A DNA stretch of 64,000 bases from Elsinoe ampelina (Eukaryota), in assembly GCA_010093995.1 (NCBI GenBank), contig ML992503.1, forward strand, positions 611,234-675,233, given 5' to 3'. The notes under the pieces are model-generated. The model was given only the letters and a program-made list of their open reading frames with translations, ran no database searches and was not told the origin of the DNA. Positions 26,184 to 37,079 of this stretch are shown one piece after another. Positions within the stretch are counted from its first letter, which is position 1; each line of letters starts with the position of its first letter. Made by a program: the position numbers and the translations under genes.

Positions 26184-27224
26184 ATGGCGCCCTCCCCTTC
26201 CAAACCCGACCTCCTCGCCCTCCAAGACCTCACCAACACCTCCCTCCTCCTCCTCACGCAATACCTCACAACCCTCACCACCCCCTCCGCCCCCACATCA
26301 TCCTCAATCCCCGATCCACCCAACCCCCTCCAGGTCCTCCGCGACTCCGCCCTCCTCCTCAAATCACACACCACCAAACTCTCCCTCCTCCTCCTCAACG
26401 CGCCCTTCACCCCGTCCGCAGTGACCAAAGTCCTCCGCGAGATAACAGGCACATGTCTCCCCGCCATGATGAGCGCGGTGGAGCTCGCCGATCCGGACGT
26501 ATGGGGACGTCTACTACGCGGGGAGATCGTGGCGAGAGTCGCGCGGGTGATTTGGGAGATGAAGGTGTGTCTTGAGGAGGTGAAGGGCGTTGCGCTGGAC
26601 AGCGAGGGGGCGGAGAAGCGGGAGGGGAACAAGAGGGATACCTTGTCTAGTACAGGAGTGGTGTGGGAGGCTTGCGATGCGGTGGTGGAGCTGGAGGGGT
26701 TGGATGTGGGTGGGGTTGCGTTGAAGAGGGCGAAGGAGTGGCAGGCTCTGGTCAAGGATGCGATTGAGGAGTTGAGGGAGTGGGGGGAGAATGAAGAGGA
26801 GGACGATGAGGATGAGGGTGATGATGGTGAGGAGGAGGACATATTTGGGGCGGGCAGCTTGCCTAGGGATAGGGTGGAGTTGAGGGAGCTGTTGGCTGAG
26901 GGACTTGGGAAGGTGAGGAAGGTGGAGATTTTGTACACGGCATTGATCAAGAGGAGGGTCAAGACATTCACGAAGGAGAAGGCGAGGATAAAGCCTCATG
27001 TGCTGGTCATGGACGACTTGATGGATCACCTGAAGCAATTACCCGAGCTAGTGGATGAGCTCGCGAGTGGGTTTTACGATCTGGACGAGGAGGCTGTGAA
27101 GGGCCAAATCAAAGCGGTGGTGGACGAAGCAAAAGCGACAATCACTCTGGTCAAGAAAGATTGGCAAGGCAAAGAGGATGAATTCACAACATGGAGTACG
27201 AAGTGGCTGGAGGTGGTCAAATAA
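26184..27224 (+). CDS. GCIP / cyclin-D1-binding protein 1-like helical protein (346 aa)
   Basis: Intronless ORF. LLKSHTTKLSLLL..PFTPSA and TGVVWEACD..VKDAIEELREW plus an acidic linker resemble fungal GCIP-domain proteins. Confidence 0.7.
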   Translation: MAPSPSKPDLLALQDLTNTSLLLLTQYLTTLTTPSAPTSSSIPDPPNPLQVLRDSALLLKSHTTKLSLLLLNAPFTPSAVTKVLREITGTCLPAMMSAVELADPDVWGRLLRGEIVARVARVIWEMKVCLEEVKGVALDSEGAEKREGNKRDTLSSTGVVWEACDAVVELEGLDVGGVALKRAKEWQALVKDAIEELREWGENEEEDDEDEGDDGEEEDIFGAGSLPRDRVELRELLAEGLGKVRKVEILYTALIKRRVKTFTKEKARIKPHVLVMDDLMDHLKQLPELVDELASGFYDLDEEAVKGQIKAVVDEAKATITLVKKDWQGKEDEFTTWSTKWLEVVK

Positions 27225-27328
27225 ATTGCATTGAAGGGTATGATCCAAAATGATATCCCGAGGCGCCCCCTGAACCGGGCTGTACCCTACTGAATATGAA
27301 CAATCGCCGAGAGAAGAATGTTTGTCGC

Positions 27329-27892
27329 TTAAAGAGCGAGGACGGCAGCCATGGCGAGGCCGAGGACGGGACCGCCGACCCGGACGACACCAGCGCCACC
27401 AGTAGCGGCGGAGGAGGCAGCGGCGGCAGCGGAAGAGGTGGCTGAGGAGGCCCTGGCAGAGCCGGAGGACATGGCAGCAGAGGCGGAGGCAGAAGCGGAG
27501 GCGGCAGCAGAGGAGCCAGAAGCGGAGCCAGAGGCAGCTGATGAGTCTCCGGAGGAAGAGCCTGAAGTGCCGGCAGCTACGGCGGCGGCGCAGACCTTGG
27601 TCACAGCAGCGTTGATGTCTTGGAGCCGTTAGTAGTCGTCTGGGGCTAGAAGAAGGTGCAGCTTACCAGCAACATCACCGGTTGTGCAGGTAGACTTGAG
27701 CAGGCAAGAGGTGACCTCCTGCTTGATGATGTCCTTGCCAGTCGTGCACTGGCAGAGGTAGTCGGTAGCGGAACAGGTGGTCTTTCCGATGGCCTCAGCG
27801 AAACAGCTCTGGGCACAAGCTGGGATGTCTGGGGACTGGGCGGCGACAAGGGCGGCCGAAGCGGCGAAGAGGGCGAGGGTCTTGAACTGCAT
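27329..27892 (-). CDS. CFEM-domain, Ser/Ala-rich, GPI-anchored cell-surface protein
   Basis: Signal peptide MQFKTLALFAASAALVAAQ and an 8-Cys CFEM pattern (PACAQSC..C...DYLCQC..C....C..C). A 48-nt intron at 27,619-27,666 joins to a Ser/Ala stalk and a hydrophobic C-terminus GLAMAAVLAL. Confidence 0.9.
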
Positions 27893-28006
27893 GGTTGCTA
27901 ATGTGGAATGCGAATTGCTTTTGGAAAGATGCTGATGAAGAATGCGATTGAAGGGAATGCGGCAGATGAGGATGGAGAAGAAAAGGTATTCATGGGTGGA
28001 TTAAGG

Positions 28007-28020
28007 AAGCTATATAGCTT
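28007..28020. promoter_or_regulatory. Probable TATA box of the CFEM gene, within a perfect 14-bp palindrome
   Basis: AAGCTATATAGCTT lies ~120 bp upstream of the minus-strand ATG. Confidence 0.45.
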
Positions 28021-29265
28021 CTGACCCTCTGAGCCTACTTCGAATAGTCTCCAATGCAAGTGCGGGCCACCGGCTGATGCTGATGCTGATGGTGCCGACG
28101 GTTGAGAAGCTGTTCGCGTGGGTATCCCGGTGCGTTGCGCTATGCAATTCAGCGGCCAACCTGGCCGGCCGCATTTGAAGTCTATTCATATGGTAACCAG
28201 CAGTGGTGGCTTCGTATTGCAGTCATACTCTGCGACGATGGATTTGGCGTCCCAGCTGTGACTTCAGGAGCTACGGTCAGGAGATGAGCCCTTTACCAGA
28301 TGAGGTCGGTTTTTGGACCCGAAGGAATGGAAGAGGATCGACAGGCACAGGGACCGCCCTGGATCTGCACCACGGATGATGGGACAGTCTCTGATTGGTT
28401 GTCGGAAGAGGGTGCAGCGTTCCTGCAGCACGATACTTCACCGTAACTTAGTCCGTGCCATGGGGGCCACACCTGCTCGCTATAGCTATCCCAAATGCGC
28501 CTTGGCTGTGACCCTATTCAAGAAGCAGGCTTGAAAAAGGCCGTACAAAGTTTGGTAGCCACGGAGCTTACAGGCGAGACATATTGACCGTTTGGGCTGC
28601 ATGACCGGAAAGATGGTGTAAATGAACAGCGAACAATGGCCGGTCGTAGCAACGACGAAGCCGTTGGATGACTGGGCAGACTCGAATTGGCATCATTGCC
28701 ATGTCGTTGTATGAACCGCTATCTGTCAAAGTAGTTTGGCCATCGAGGAAGAGCACGGTCGCACTTCCTTTTGCGTCACTGACCGTCAATATCTCCAGCC
28801 GCGCAGTTTCTCGTTTTCCTAAACCAGTGGAATACTCCAGATTGCTCCCCAAGGTTCAATTAGAATGCTCGATGATGTTGCACTAGCGCCTCAAGTTGTG
28901 GCTTGAACATTTAGTTGCATGGTGGCCGTCGGACACACGAATGTCGGATTGATCGAGTTGCTCACCATGGCGACTATTAACCACAGTCATTGTGCAGCAT
29001 GAGCATAAAACAAAAGTTTCATGCATTTTCCTCTGCGGATGGTGGGCAGAAGGCTTCACGGTGTGGGAAAGAAGGCCATACAGAAACTGTGGTCTTCCAA
29101 AAAGAGCTGTGACGTCATTGGTGGCGAAGCTCTGTCCTGCTCCAGAAGCATCTATCTCCTCAGTCGCCACGACCAGGCAGAAGTGTGCTACTTATAAGTG
29201 TTTACTGCTGGCCCGGTTTCAGGCGCAACCATCACATCGCACATTTTCATAATCGACAACACATC

Positions 29266-29577
29266 ATGTCGTCCAGCTCAAACTTCAACTTCAGCTCCTC
29301 CACCTCGTATTCTACCTCTACAACCACCAACGGCCAAACCACCGGTAGCCAATACACTCAGCAGTCGACTGGGAATCCCCAAGGCACAACTGTACATACT
29401 ACATCTCAGAACCTCGGCGAAGACCCGGTGAATGAGACCAGACAGTATGACGCCCAGGGCCGCGAGCTCTTGAGTGGCGGGACCAATCAACCTGTGATCC
29501 AAGATGTGACGGACGCGGATAAGAAGTACGAGGAAGCAATTGAGGACGAGTACGCTAAGCGTGAGGGTGGCGCATAA
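29266..29577 (+). CDS. Small hydrophilic hypothetical protein (103 aa)
   Basis: ATG in good context (ACATCATG). Ser/Thr-rich N-terminus. The C-terminal EDEYAKREGGA motif is familiar from fungal hypothetical proteins. Confidence 0.75.
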   Translation: MSSSSNFNFSSSTSYSTSTTTNGQTTGSQYTQQSTGNPQGTTVHTTSQNLGEDPVNETRQYDAQGRELLSGGTNQPVIQDVTDADKKYEEAIEDEYAKREGGA

Positions 29578-29872
29578 GTGATAGGACAGAGCTGGACTCT
29601 GATAGACGACGAAGCATGAATGAAAACGACGGAAAAGGATCTCAGAGTCCATGAAAGAGCTTCACTTTGGCGAAAAATGATACCATGGTTTTTTGCGGGG
29701 GCAGCATCGAACAATTTTGCAGTAATCGATATACAGCTCCAAAGTACAGTCAAACTACAACGATCTCTCGACTTCCAGCATCGAAACGTGATTACGGTTT
29801 CTAGCCGGGAACCATCTTGGGGCCGTTACAGCTGAATGCAGAGTGACCATTAAACACCACTGGCATGCCATT

Positions 29873-31334
29873 TCAAGTCTTGTCGAATACATATCTATCC
29901 CATCCATCGGGCCGCACTCCTTGTAAATCCATATACTCATCTAGCAAAGCCACGGTCTCTGCCGGATTCGCAATCCATGCTGTCGTGCAGGCCAACCTGG
30001 CCTTGAAATCATTGGCTCCGACCGAAAGAAATTGATCACCCACGTGCAATGTCTTGCTGCCATCGATGCCCCCAAAGTACTTCTGACACGCCAGCACACC
30101 CCAAGACTTGTCTCCTATATCGATGAACACGTCACTGCCACCATTGAATGCACAGAAAGGTAGCCTCTTGCCCACCTCTGATACTTCCTGCTCGAGATTA
30201 GCGCAGTCCACCATCTTCACCAACCATGAAACCCACCAATATCCTCTGGCAAACCAACACCGTCTCCTCCAATTGCTCCCTCGTCAACCTCTTCCCATCA
30301 GCAGGGATGATCCCCACAGCCCTCTCCTTCCTCAAGATCTCCGCCTGCAACCCCATCCCCTCCACACAATCCCTCAATGCCTTCTCCGCCAAATCCAGCA
30401 GCGCCGAGATATTCTCCTCGGTCCAATCCCTCATCTCCTCCAGAATCCAGTCGCGCCGCCGATGATACCTCAACCTTTCCTTGACCGTCCCATCGTACTC
30501 GAACAGGAAGTTACTCTCGCCTCCCATGACGATTAAATTCCCCTTCGTCTCCTCCTTGAGATCCGACTCGGCGATCGCGTCCAGTAACCCGTGCAGCCGA
30601 CCGTAGTACTTCGCTGCGTCGGTGTAGCCTGCCGCCGTCACGATGCCCACCCGCGTGCCTTGCCTCAACAACTCCAAGATGCGAGGAATGGCAGGATTTG
30701 AGGGGTCCAGACTCTGTCCGTCGTCGTACAGCGTCACGTCACCGTCGAAAGTCATGAGGTCTACTCCGCCACCGGTCACGAGGGACATGACCTGCGCCGT
30801 GTTGAGGATCAAGCGGATGTCGTTGAAGGACGGGGCGACGAAGCGGCGCGAGGAGATCCGGCGGCGGTTGTCTTGGTATTCAAAGGCTGCGCGGAGAGGG
30901 AGGGGCGTGAAGAAGGTGCCCACTGAGGGGACGAGGAGTTTGAGTTTGGATGGGGTGAGGCCGTGGGAGCGGTGGTCGGCGATGAGGGACTCGACGTCCG
31001 ACATGATTTGGGCATAGCGGGCGTGGGCTTCGGAGGTGATGTTGTTTGTGGCGGGTGGAGGGGAGAGGGTGAGGGTTGGTTGGGAGAGGAGGACGAAGGG
31101 GACGGCGAGGAGGCCTTTGATCCATTCTATCTGCTCATGTTTGAGAGATTGCTTAAGGAAGAAGTAGAGGATTACTTACAAGCTGGTCACGCCTGTGAGT
31201 CTTGACACGACATTAGCTGTGGCTCCATCCATGAACGGATCTTGCGAACCTTGAGTGCATCTGCCCTTGCATTAGCGGCGTCGTGAACGAGGAGAGGGTG
31301 TCAACATACACTCGACACGATATCTGGTTGTCAT
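29873..31334 (-). CDS. ISN1: IMP-specific 5'-nucleotidase (HAD family), multi-exon
   Basis: Spliced N-terminus MTTRYRVEYALKTHRRDQLIEWIKGLLAVPFVL; motifs TFDGDVTLYDDG, GIVTAAGY, FNGGSDVFIDIGDK, LHVGDQF. Confidence 0.95.
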
Positions 31335-31612
31335 TGTACAATCCGAGTCAGAGGAAAGTCTCAAATACCTGTAGATCACTTCTCAAGGTCCTTAAAAGGA
31401 CAAATAGCAATTCAACGGCGCCATACCATCTGTTATAGCCATCCCATCGGAGCTCTCCGACGGCCGTTGCACAAGGTGAAGTGGAGAGCTCAAGAAAGTC
31501 AATTTCACATGCCGACGCCAAACCATTCCGCGTCCTCCTACTATTCGACTTCACCTTCTTCTTCTCCTCTAACACACCCATACATGCGCTCAACATCTCC
31601 TCACGCTTGACA

Positions 31613-33469
31613 ATGGGCGACTACACCGGCACCCTCCCCCCCTCCCTCCGCCCGTGGGAAACCTCCACCACCACCACCTCAAAATCCTTCAGCAACGTCC
31701 TCTCCCGCATCTACGCCGAACGAGGCCACTTCCGGGACATCACCACCTCCTCCCTGCAAGACGAGCTCACCGCCGCCGCCATCGCCGGGCCACCCTCGCC
31801 CAGCTCCTCCTCGCGATCTCGCTCCCCCTCCCCCTCAAGCGGAAAAGACACCCGCCCCCGCGCCGACCAACTCGCCGCCGCCCGCCGCGAAGTCATCTCC
31901 CACGTCGCGTCTGCGCAAAACGAAGCCCTCCTCGCGCTGGACTTTGTCAGCCTGCTGCTGAGCAAAGATGTCAAGACGGCGGAGAACACGATCAGTCCTG
32001 TGCTGAAGGGGAGTGTGCCGACGGGGTCGTTGGGGATGGATATGTGGGAGGGAATGGAGGAGGATGCGGCGAGGGAGAGGACGGATGCGTTGTTGGCGAG
32101 GGGGAAGAGGTTGGAAGGGTTCAAGGGGGCGGCCGAGGGGTTGAGTAGGGCCGAGGAGAGGTTGAGGGGGACGGTGGAGAGGGAGAGGAGGTATTGGGAT
32201 GGGATATTGGGGGTGAGGGAGAAGGGGTGGAGTGTTTGTCGGATTCCGAGGGAGAGGGGGGTTTTGGGGGTGAGGTATGGGTTCAATGAGAGTTTGGGGG
32301 AGTTCAAGGGGAGGGGACTGGCGGCGTTGAGGATGGGTGGGGAGGGGGAAGTGGTGCTTGATCGTGGGCTCGGGAGGGAGGGGAAGGGATTGAGGGTGAG
32401 AATCAAGAAAGGGGATGAGGTGGTGGGTGAGAGTCTGGTGAAGCAAACGGATGATGACGAGGCGGATGTGAGCAGTCGGATCAAGGTTGCTAGGGACAGT
32501 TTGTTTGAGGAAGAGCTATGGCATGAGATCATGCGGGAAGGTCGAGAGATGGGTGGCTATGGTGTCAAGCTCAAGGGGAATACCATCATCATGCCTCGCG
32601 TACCGACAGATGAGTCGACACTTGACCAAGACGACCAGTCGTTGGAGATCGATCTCGTGACGACTGACGACCACTTCAACCCAGCCAGCCCATCGCCCCT
32701 TGCAAACGGCATTGCTACGTCCCTTCGACTTTTACTCTTGCATACACATCGTCAGCGTCAAACCAAGCGTTCTCAAATTCCGCCTCCCATTTCGACGAAC
32801 AAACAAGACCGGGAGAATGCGCATATCATCCGTCCGCTTCTCGCGCAGTTGCACCAGTACTCGGCGACTCAGTCTCTCGACGGGTATCTGAACAGCCTGA
32901 CCAGGTCTCTCTCCCGCGCTTCCATTACCTCTACTTTCTCGACCTCCAACCCCCTTCCCACCTCCCTGGACAACATCTCCACAATATCTGCCCTGTACTC
33001 AGTCTTGACCGCAGTACCCACGAGCACAATCACCTTCACCATCGCCGCCCTCTCTGCAACCCCGATGGAGCTCAAGCTCGAGATCACAACCGCCTTCGCT
33101 TCCCCTCTGCACGGCACACAGTACAACCTCTCCCTTCCCACGGGCACGGATCAGCGAATCGCAAGCGCAGAAGAGCTTCACGAACTACTCCTCCTCGCGA
33201 TCTCTGGATATCTGACAGAGTCAGCCGCGACTGTGCTTGAGGATTGGGAAGTGGACAGGCGGGGTCGTAGACTTGTCCGCCCGCTTGGACTGGAAGGCGA
33301 GAAGGAAGAGGGAAATGACGTCGAGACTGAGGTGTCAGATGACGATGGGGTGGCATTGCGAGTTCGCTTTGCGGGAAAGGAGTGGAAGTGGGCTGGTGAA
33401 CAGGGAGAAGGTGAGAAGGCGAGCTGGGAGGATGTGCTAAAGGAGGTCAAGCAGAAAGCGAGGCGTTAG
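31613..33469 (+). CDS. MED17: Mediator of RNA polymerase II subunit 17 (Srb4)
   Basis: RI..ERGHFR.IT, A.NEALLALDFVSLLLS, E.RYW, LGVRYGF.E, ARDSLFEEELWHEI.RE. ATG chosen at 31,613. Confidence 0.9.
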   Translation: MGDYTGTLPPSLRPWETSTTTTSKSFSNVLSRIYAERGHFRDITTSSLQDELTAAAIAGPPSPSSSSRSRSPSPSSGKDTRPRADQLAAARREVISHVASAQNEALLALDFVSLLLSKDVKTAENTISPVLKGSVPTGSLGMDMWEGMEEDAARERTDALLARGKRLEGFKGAAEGLSRAEERLRGTVERERRYWDGILGVREKGWSVCRIPRERGVLGVRYGFNESLGEFKGRGLAALRMGGEGEVVLDRGLGREGKGLRVRIKKGDEVVGESLVKQTDDDEADVSSRIKVARDSLFEEELWHEIMREGREMGGYGVKLKGNTIIMPRVPTDESTLDQDDQSLEIDLVTTDDHFNPASPSPLANGIATSLRLLLLHTHRQRQTKRSQIPPPISTNKQDRENAHIIRPLLAQLHQYSATQSLDGYLNSLTRSLSRASITSTFSTSNPLPTSLDNISTISALYSVLTAVPTSTITFTIAALSATPMELKLEITTAFASPLHGTQYNLSLPTGTDQRIASAEELHELLLLAISGYLTESAATVLEDWEVDRRGRRLVRPLGLEGEKEEGNDVETEVSDDDGVALRVRFAGKEWKWAGEQGEGEKASWEDVLKEVKQKARR

Positions 33470-33514
33470 GATGCCGAGCTTGATGCTGATATTGCTGTCC
33501 CGGATCCGGTACGC

Positions 33515-33943
33515 ATGAGGACTGGGGGAGATCATGTCCTGCCGCACAGGGACGGTGGAGTCAGGCAGACGATTGAACATCAGGAGAGGTCTGATCCGGA
33601 CGCCACAACGAGGCAAGAAGTTCACCAGGATGATTGGCCTTCCAGAAACAGCCGAGGACACAGGATCGCCATCAAACAAGAAGAGAATGAAAACGACATG
33701 AACCTGGAACATATCACCCCTTGGATCAAGAAAGAAGAAACTCCGGCATCACTGTCCATCAAGCGCGAAGAATCTGAACGTGCTCGTACCGCACACCCCG
33801 ACGAATGGATCAAAGACACCTCTGAAGAACGAAGACTCCGCCTCTTCAAAACAATTGACGAAGACTTGGAAGAAGCCGCGGCATACTTGCCGCAACTGAG
33901 GTCATCGCCAGAAAAGGAGAGGAGGTTCTTCGAGGAGGGCTAG
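33515..33943 (+). CDS. Hypothetical charged protein, or C-terminal extension of MED17 (same frame, open from 33,470)
   Basis: 142-aa ORF with protein-like composition and IKQE/IKKE/IKRE motifs. It starts only 45 nt after the MED17 stop. Confidence 0.45.
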   Translation: MRTGGDHVLPHRDGGVRQTIEHQERSDPDATTRQEVHQDDWPSRNSRGHRIAIKQEENENDMNLEHITPWIKKEETPASLSIKREESERARTAHPDEWIKDTSEERRLRLFKTIDEDLEEAAAYLPQLRSSPEKERRFFEEG

Positions 33944-34110
33944 GCTGCACCAGTACGAAATCACTATGAAGCATGGCAAAATAGACAGGTAGTAATAATG
34001 ATACATGACATTCCACCCAGAAAGCTAGCTATAATACAAGCAGTCTCCCATCGCCACGGTACTGCACCCCTCGCCTACTCGCCCTGCATCACCTCATCCC
34101 GCCGACATGT

Positions 34111-34474
34111 CTAAAGACCCTAGTACTCATTAGCACCCACCTCCCTAATCGCACAATCAACAACTCACCTCCTCATCGCCAGGCTCCCTATACGCGCCCC
34201 CCTTCAACGCCGCCCCCCTCGTCTTCTCCCCAATAATATTACTCTCGTCGATCGCCGCCCTCTCGTCCGCCTCGAGCTGAGCGTCGCTGTCGGCCGTGGC
34301 AGCGTCGACGCCGCTCTCGACGGGGTCGCTGTCTTTCTGGACGGGGATGGGGGCTTGCTTTTGCCCTGGGCGCGAGGTGTAGTCGTCGTCGCTGGGGATG
34401 CCGGTGGGGGCGTCGGCGGGGAGGTTTTGCTCGTTTTGCTTCTCGAGCTTGGCTTCTTGGTCGAAGGTGGACAT
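34111..34474 (-). CDS. Small acidic protein with a CHZ histone-chaperone-like motif
   Basis: IDESNIIGEKTRG resembles the CHZ motif. A 49-nt intron at 34,120-34,168 gives the C-terminus ..EPGDEEGL*. Confidence 0.7.
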
Positions 34475-35611
34475 TTTTTTGGTGGGGTTGGTGTTGGGTG
34501 GGGATGGGCGGTGTTGGGTGGGTAGATGTGATTGACGAGTGGGATATGGGGGAGGGATGGAAAAGTGCTTGATCCCAACTTACTTATGTACCTTTCTGAG
34601 GGCAGGGTGGTTGCATGTCTTTCACCCCAGGGGTGATGCACCATGATACACATGGTACCGGAATAGGAAGTCTAAGTGGTTTACACGTCACGTCACCGTG
34701 GACGAGACGCGATGAACTGTCATCGTGATGCGGTGAGATTCAGCAAACGGCAAGGTGGAACTGCGGGACCGGTAGGGAGATGGCAGTGTCGTGGAGCTTT
34801 GCATGAGTGAACTGCTCGAAGAGTGGTTGACCAGCAAGCCAATCTCATCCTTTGTCGCGCCGGAGCTGGGACCACGGAGGTCATGATGATGCCGGACGGG
34901 TGAGAAAAGAGAGTTCCATGCAAGTGAGATGCAGGCTGGGCAGATCGATATGGTGTAGATCTCAGATCTGGCTTGGGAAACACAATCCGCTGAAACGGAG
35001 GCTGGGAAGGAAACTGCAGATCTGTGGTGTCCGCAATGAGGCCCGTTGGAAGATCTGATCCGTGCCAATAGGATGCTCAGACAATGGTCCGTCAAGCTGA
35101 AGAGGAGGGCCAGGCTAAGGCAGGTACCTTGTCCGTGATGGCGGTGGATCGGGGGATCTGACAAGCGATCTGAATCTGGTCACACTAGAGAGATGCAGAA
35201 TCGCATAGGACCTAGCCGCTAAATGGGACACATGGCGAATCTATCAGTGCGTTTCCGACGAGCGGCATGTTTAGCTGTGAGTGTGGTGAGAGACATGCCC
35301 CGTGCTCGTTGATGAAATGAAAATCGTGACGTTGGAAATTCTGCTTGACGTCAATTTGATCGACCACGTCAAACCTCGGATGTCAGATCGCACCACGTGA
35401 TCTCGTTGTCGGTACTGTTAGCCTTTTCGCAATGCACAAACCGGTGGTCTACTCTAAAGTGATTCTCATTGGGTATCTCGCTATACTGTGTAATCATGCA
35501 TAAGCCAGACATGCTGTGACTCTCGTCGTCCTCCATACGCCTTGCCAATCCACTCTCATCCTTGCCCCTGAAGTATCTGCTGAACCAGCCTCTGGACTTC
35601 ATGACGACCGA

Positions 35612-36728
35612 TCATGCCTTCTTGCGTGGGCGGCCCCTACCCTTGGGCTTCGGGGCCTCTTCCTCCTCCTCCTGCGCCTCCTCGTCTACATGCTCAACAT
35701 CATCGGCGGGCTCAACCACGGCCTTCTTGCGTGGACGGCCTCTGCCCTTGGGCTTGGGAGTCTCCTCTTCTTCGACGTCGTCGACCTGATCGTCATCCTT
35801 CTCGACAGGCTTGGGAGCTACCTTCTTCCTGCTGGCACGTCCAGACTTCGCAGGTGGAGCCTCCTCGGCGTCCCCGTTGGTCGGACCTGCCTTGCCGCGT
35901 CCCTTCTTCGGCTTCTCTGCTGCGTTGTCGCCGCCGTCGTCGTTGTTGACAGTCTTGGCTGTGTCGCGGGCGGATTTGCGCTTGCCCTTGGGCTTGGCTG
36001 GGGCGGTTTCTGCTTCCTCGTCTGCAGATTCTTCCTTTGCCTTCTTGGTCTTGCGTCCGCGCTTAGCTGGTGGTGCTTCATCCTCGTCGTCAGAGTCGGC
36101 TGCCTTCTTGCCGCGCTTCTTGCTAGCTGGCTTCTTGTCACCACCCTCTTCTTCGTCATCGTCGGGCCACTGTGGAATTTATTAGTGATGATACAGTGAC
36201 GGTGGCGCAGCGATGAAGAATCTACCTTGAAGCCAGCTGGACGGTTCTTGCGTAGTTCCTAGAACTGTCAGCTCACATAGCAATCAAATCGATTACGTGA
36301 ACTCACATGCTTCCAATCCTCGTCTGCAACATGACCATTGGCGAAGGCCTCCAAGATCTTCTGCTGCTGCTCTTCTGGCAGATCCTTGAGACCATCGATG
36401 AGATCCGGATCCTCCTCAAACTGCTCCCTCATGTTGCCGATGACCTTTGGCGTGACACACCCCCTATCACTAGTCAGACACACCACACGAGATGTGTGTG
36501 AACTTTGACTTACCAATGGCGCCATTTCCACGATGGGGGATAATTAGGAATCTCGACAAACGTTCCCTGACGCAACTCGCCCTTCTGGAGTTTGATTTTG
36601 GCGTCCTTGCATGCCTTCATCTGGCAGCCAGCTCGGGCATTCTCGGAAAGTTCTGTATACATCGTTAGAGTGATCAGTGAGTCACAATGAGAGGTAATTG
36701 TACCGAAACGATAGGATCCAGGAGCCAT
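35612..36728 (-). CDS. PARP-type zinc-finger protein with an acidic/basic tail and two AT-hooks, multi-exon
   Basis: Spliced YRFELS..RAGC...C....I.KGELR.G..WKWRHWGCVTP..DG...LPEE.Q.KI. The last exon has GRGRPRKK twice and ends at TGA 35,612-35,614. Confidence 0.85.
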
Positions 36729-37079
36729 GTTGATAGACGGGGTCGCGATGTGAATCCGATCTTGGTGTACGACGACCAATTGTGCGCCGCGCCCTGTGCC
36801 TACAGCCTTTACGATGTCACCAGTTGAATAAGATATTTCTCGTGATTTTGAAGAGAAAGGAGAGAGGTTTGCGAATCGATGTGAAGTGAACTTGTCAAGA
36901 GTGTTGCGGCTCATCAGGCAAACAACGTGGACTTTGACGCAGGCACCTGCGACGCGGCAAACTTCGACGTCACCGCGTCAAAAATTGGCCAACCTCATTC
37001 CTTCCACTGTCGTTCACGCCTTGCATATCGAAAGTGAAGCAAATTCACAAACTCAGTAGCAAGCAACAACAAGCAGCTT

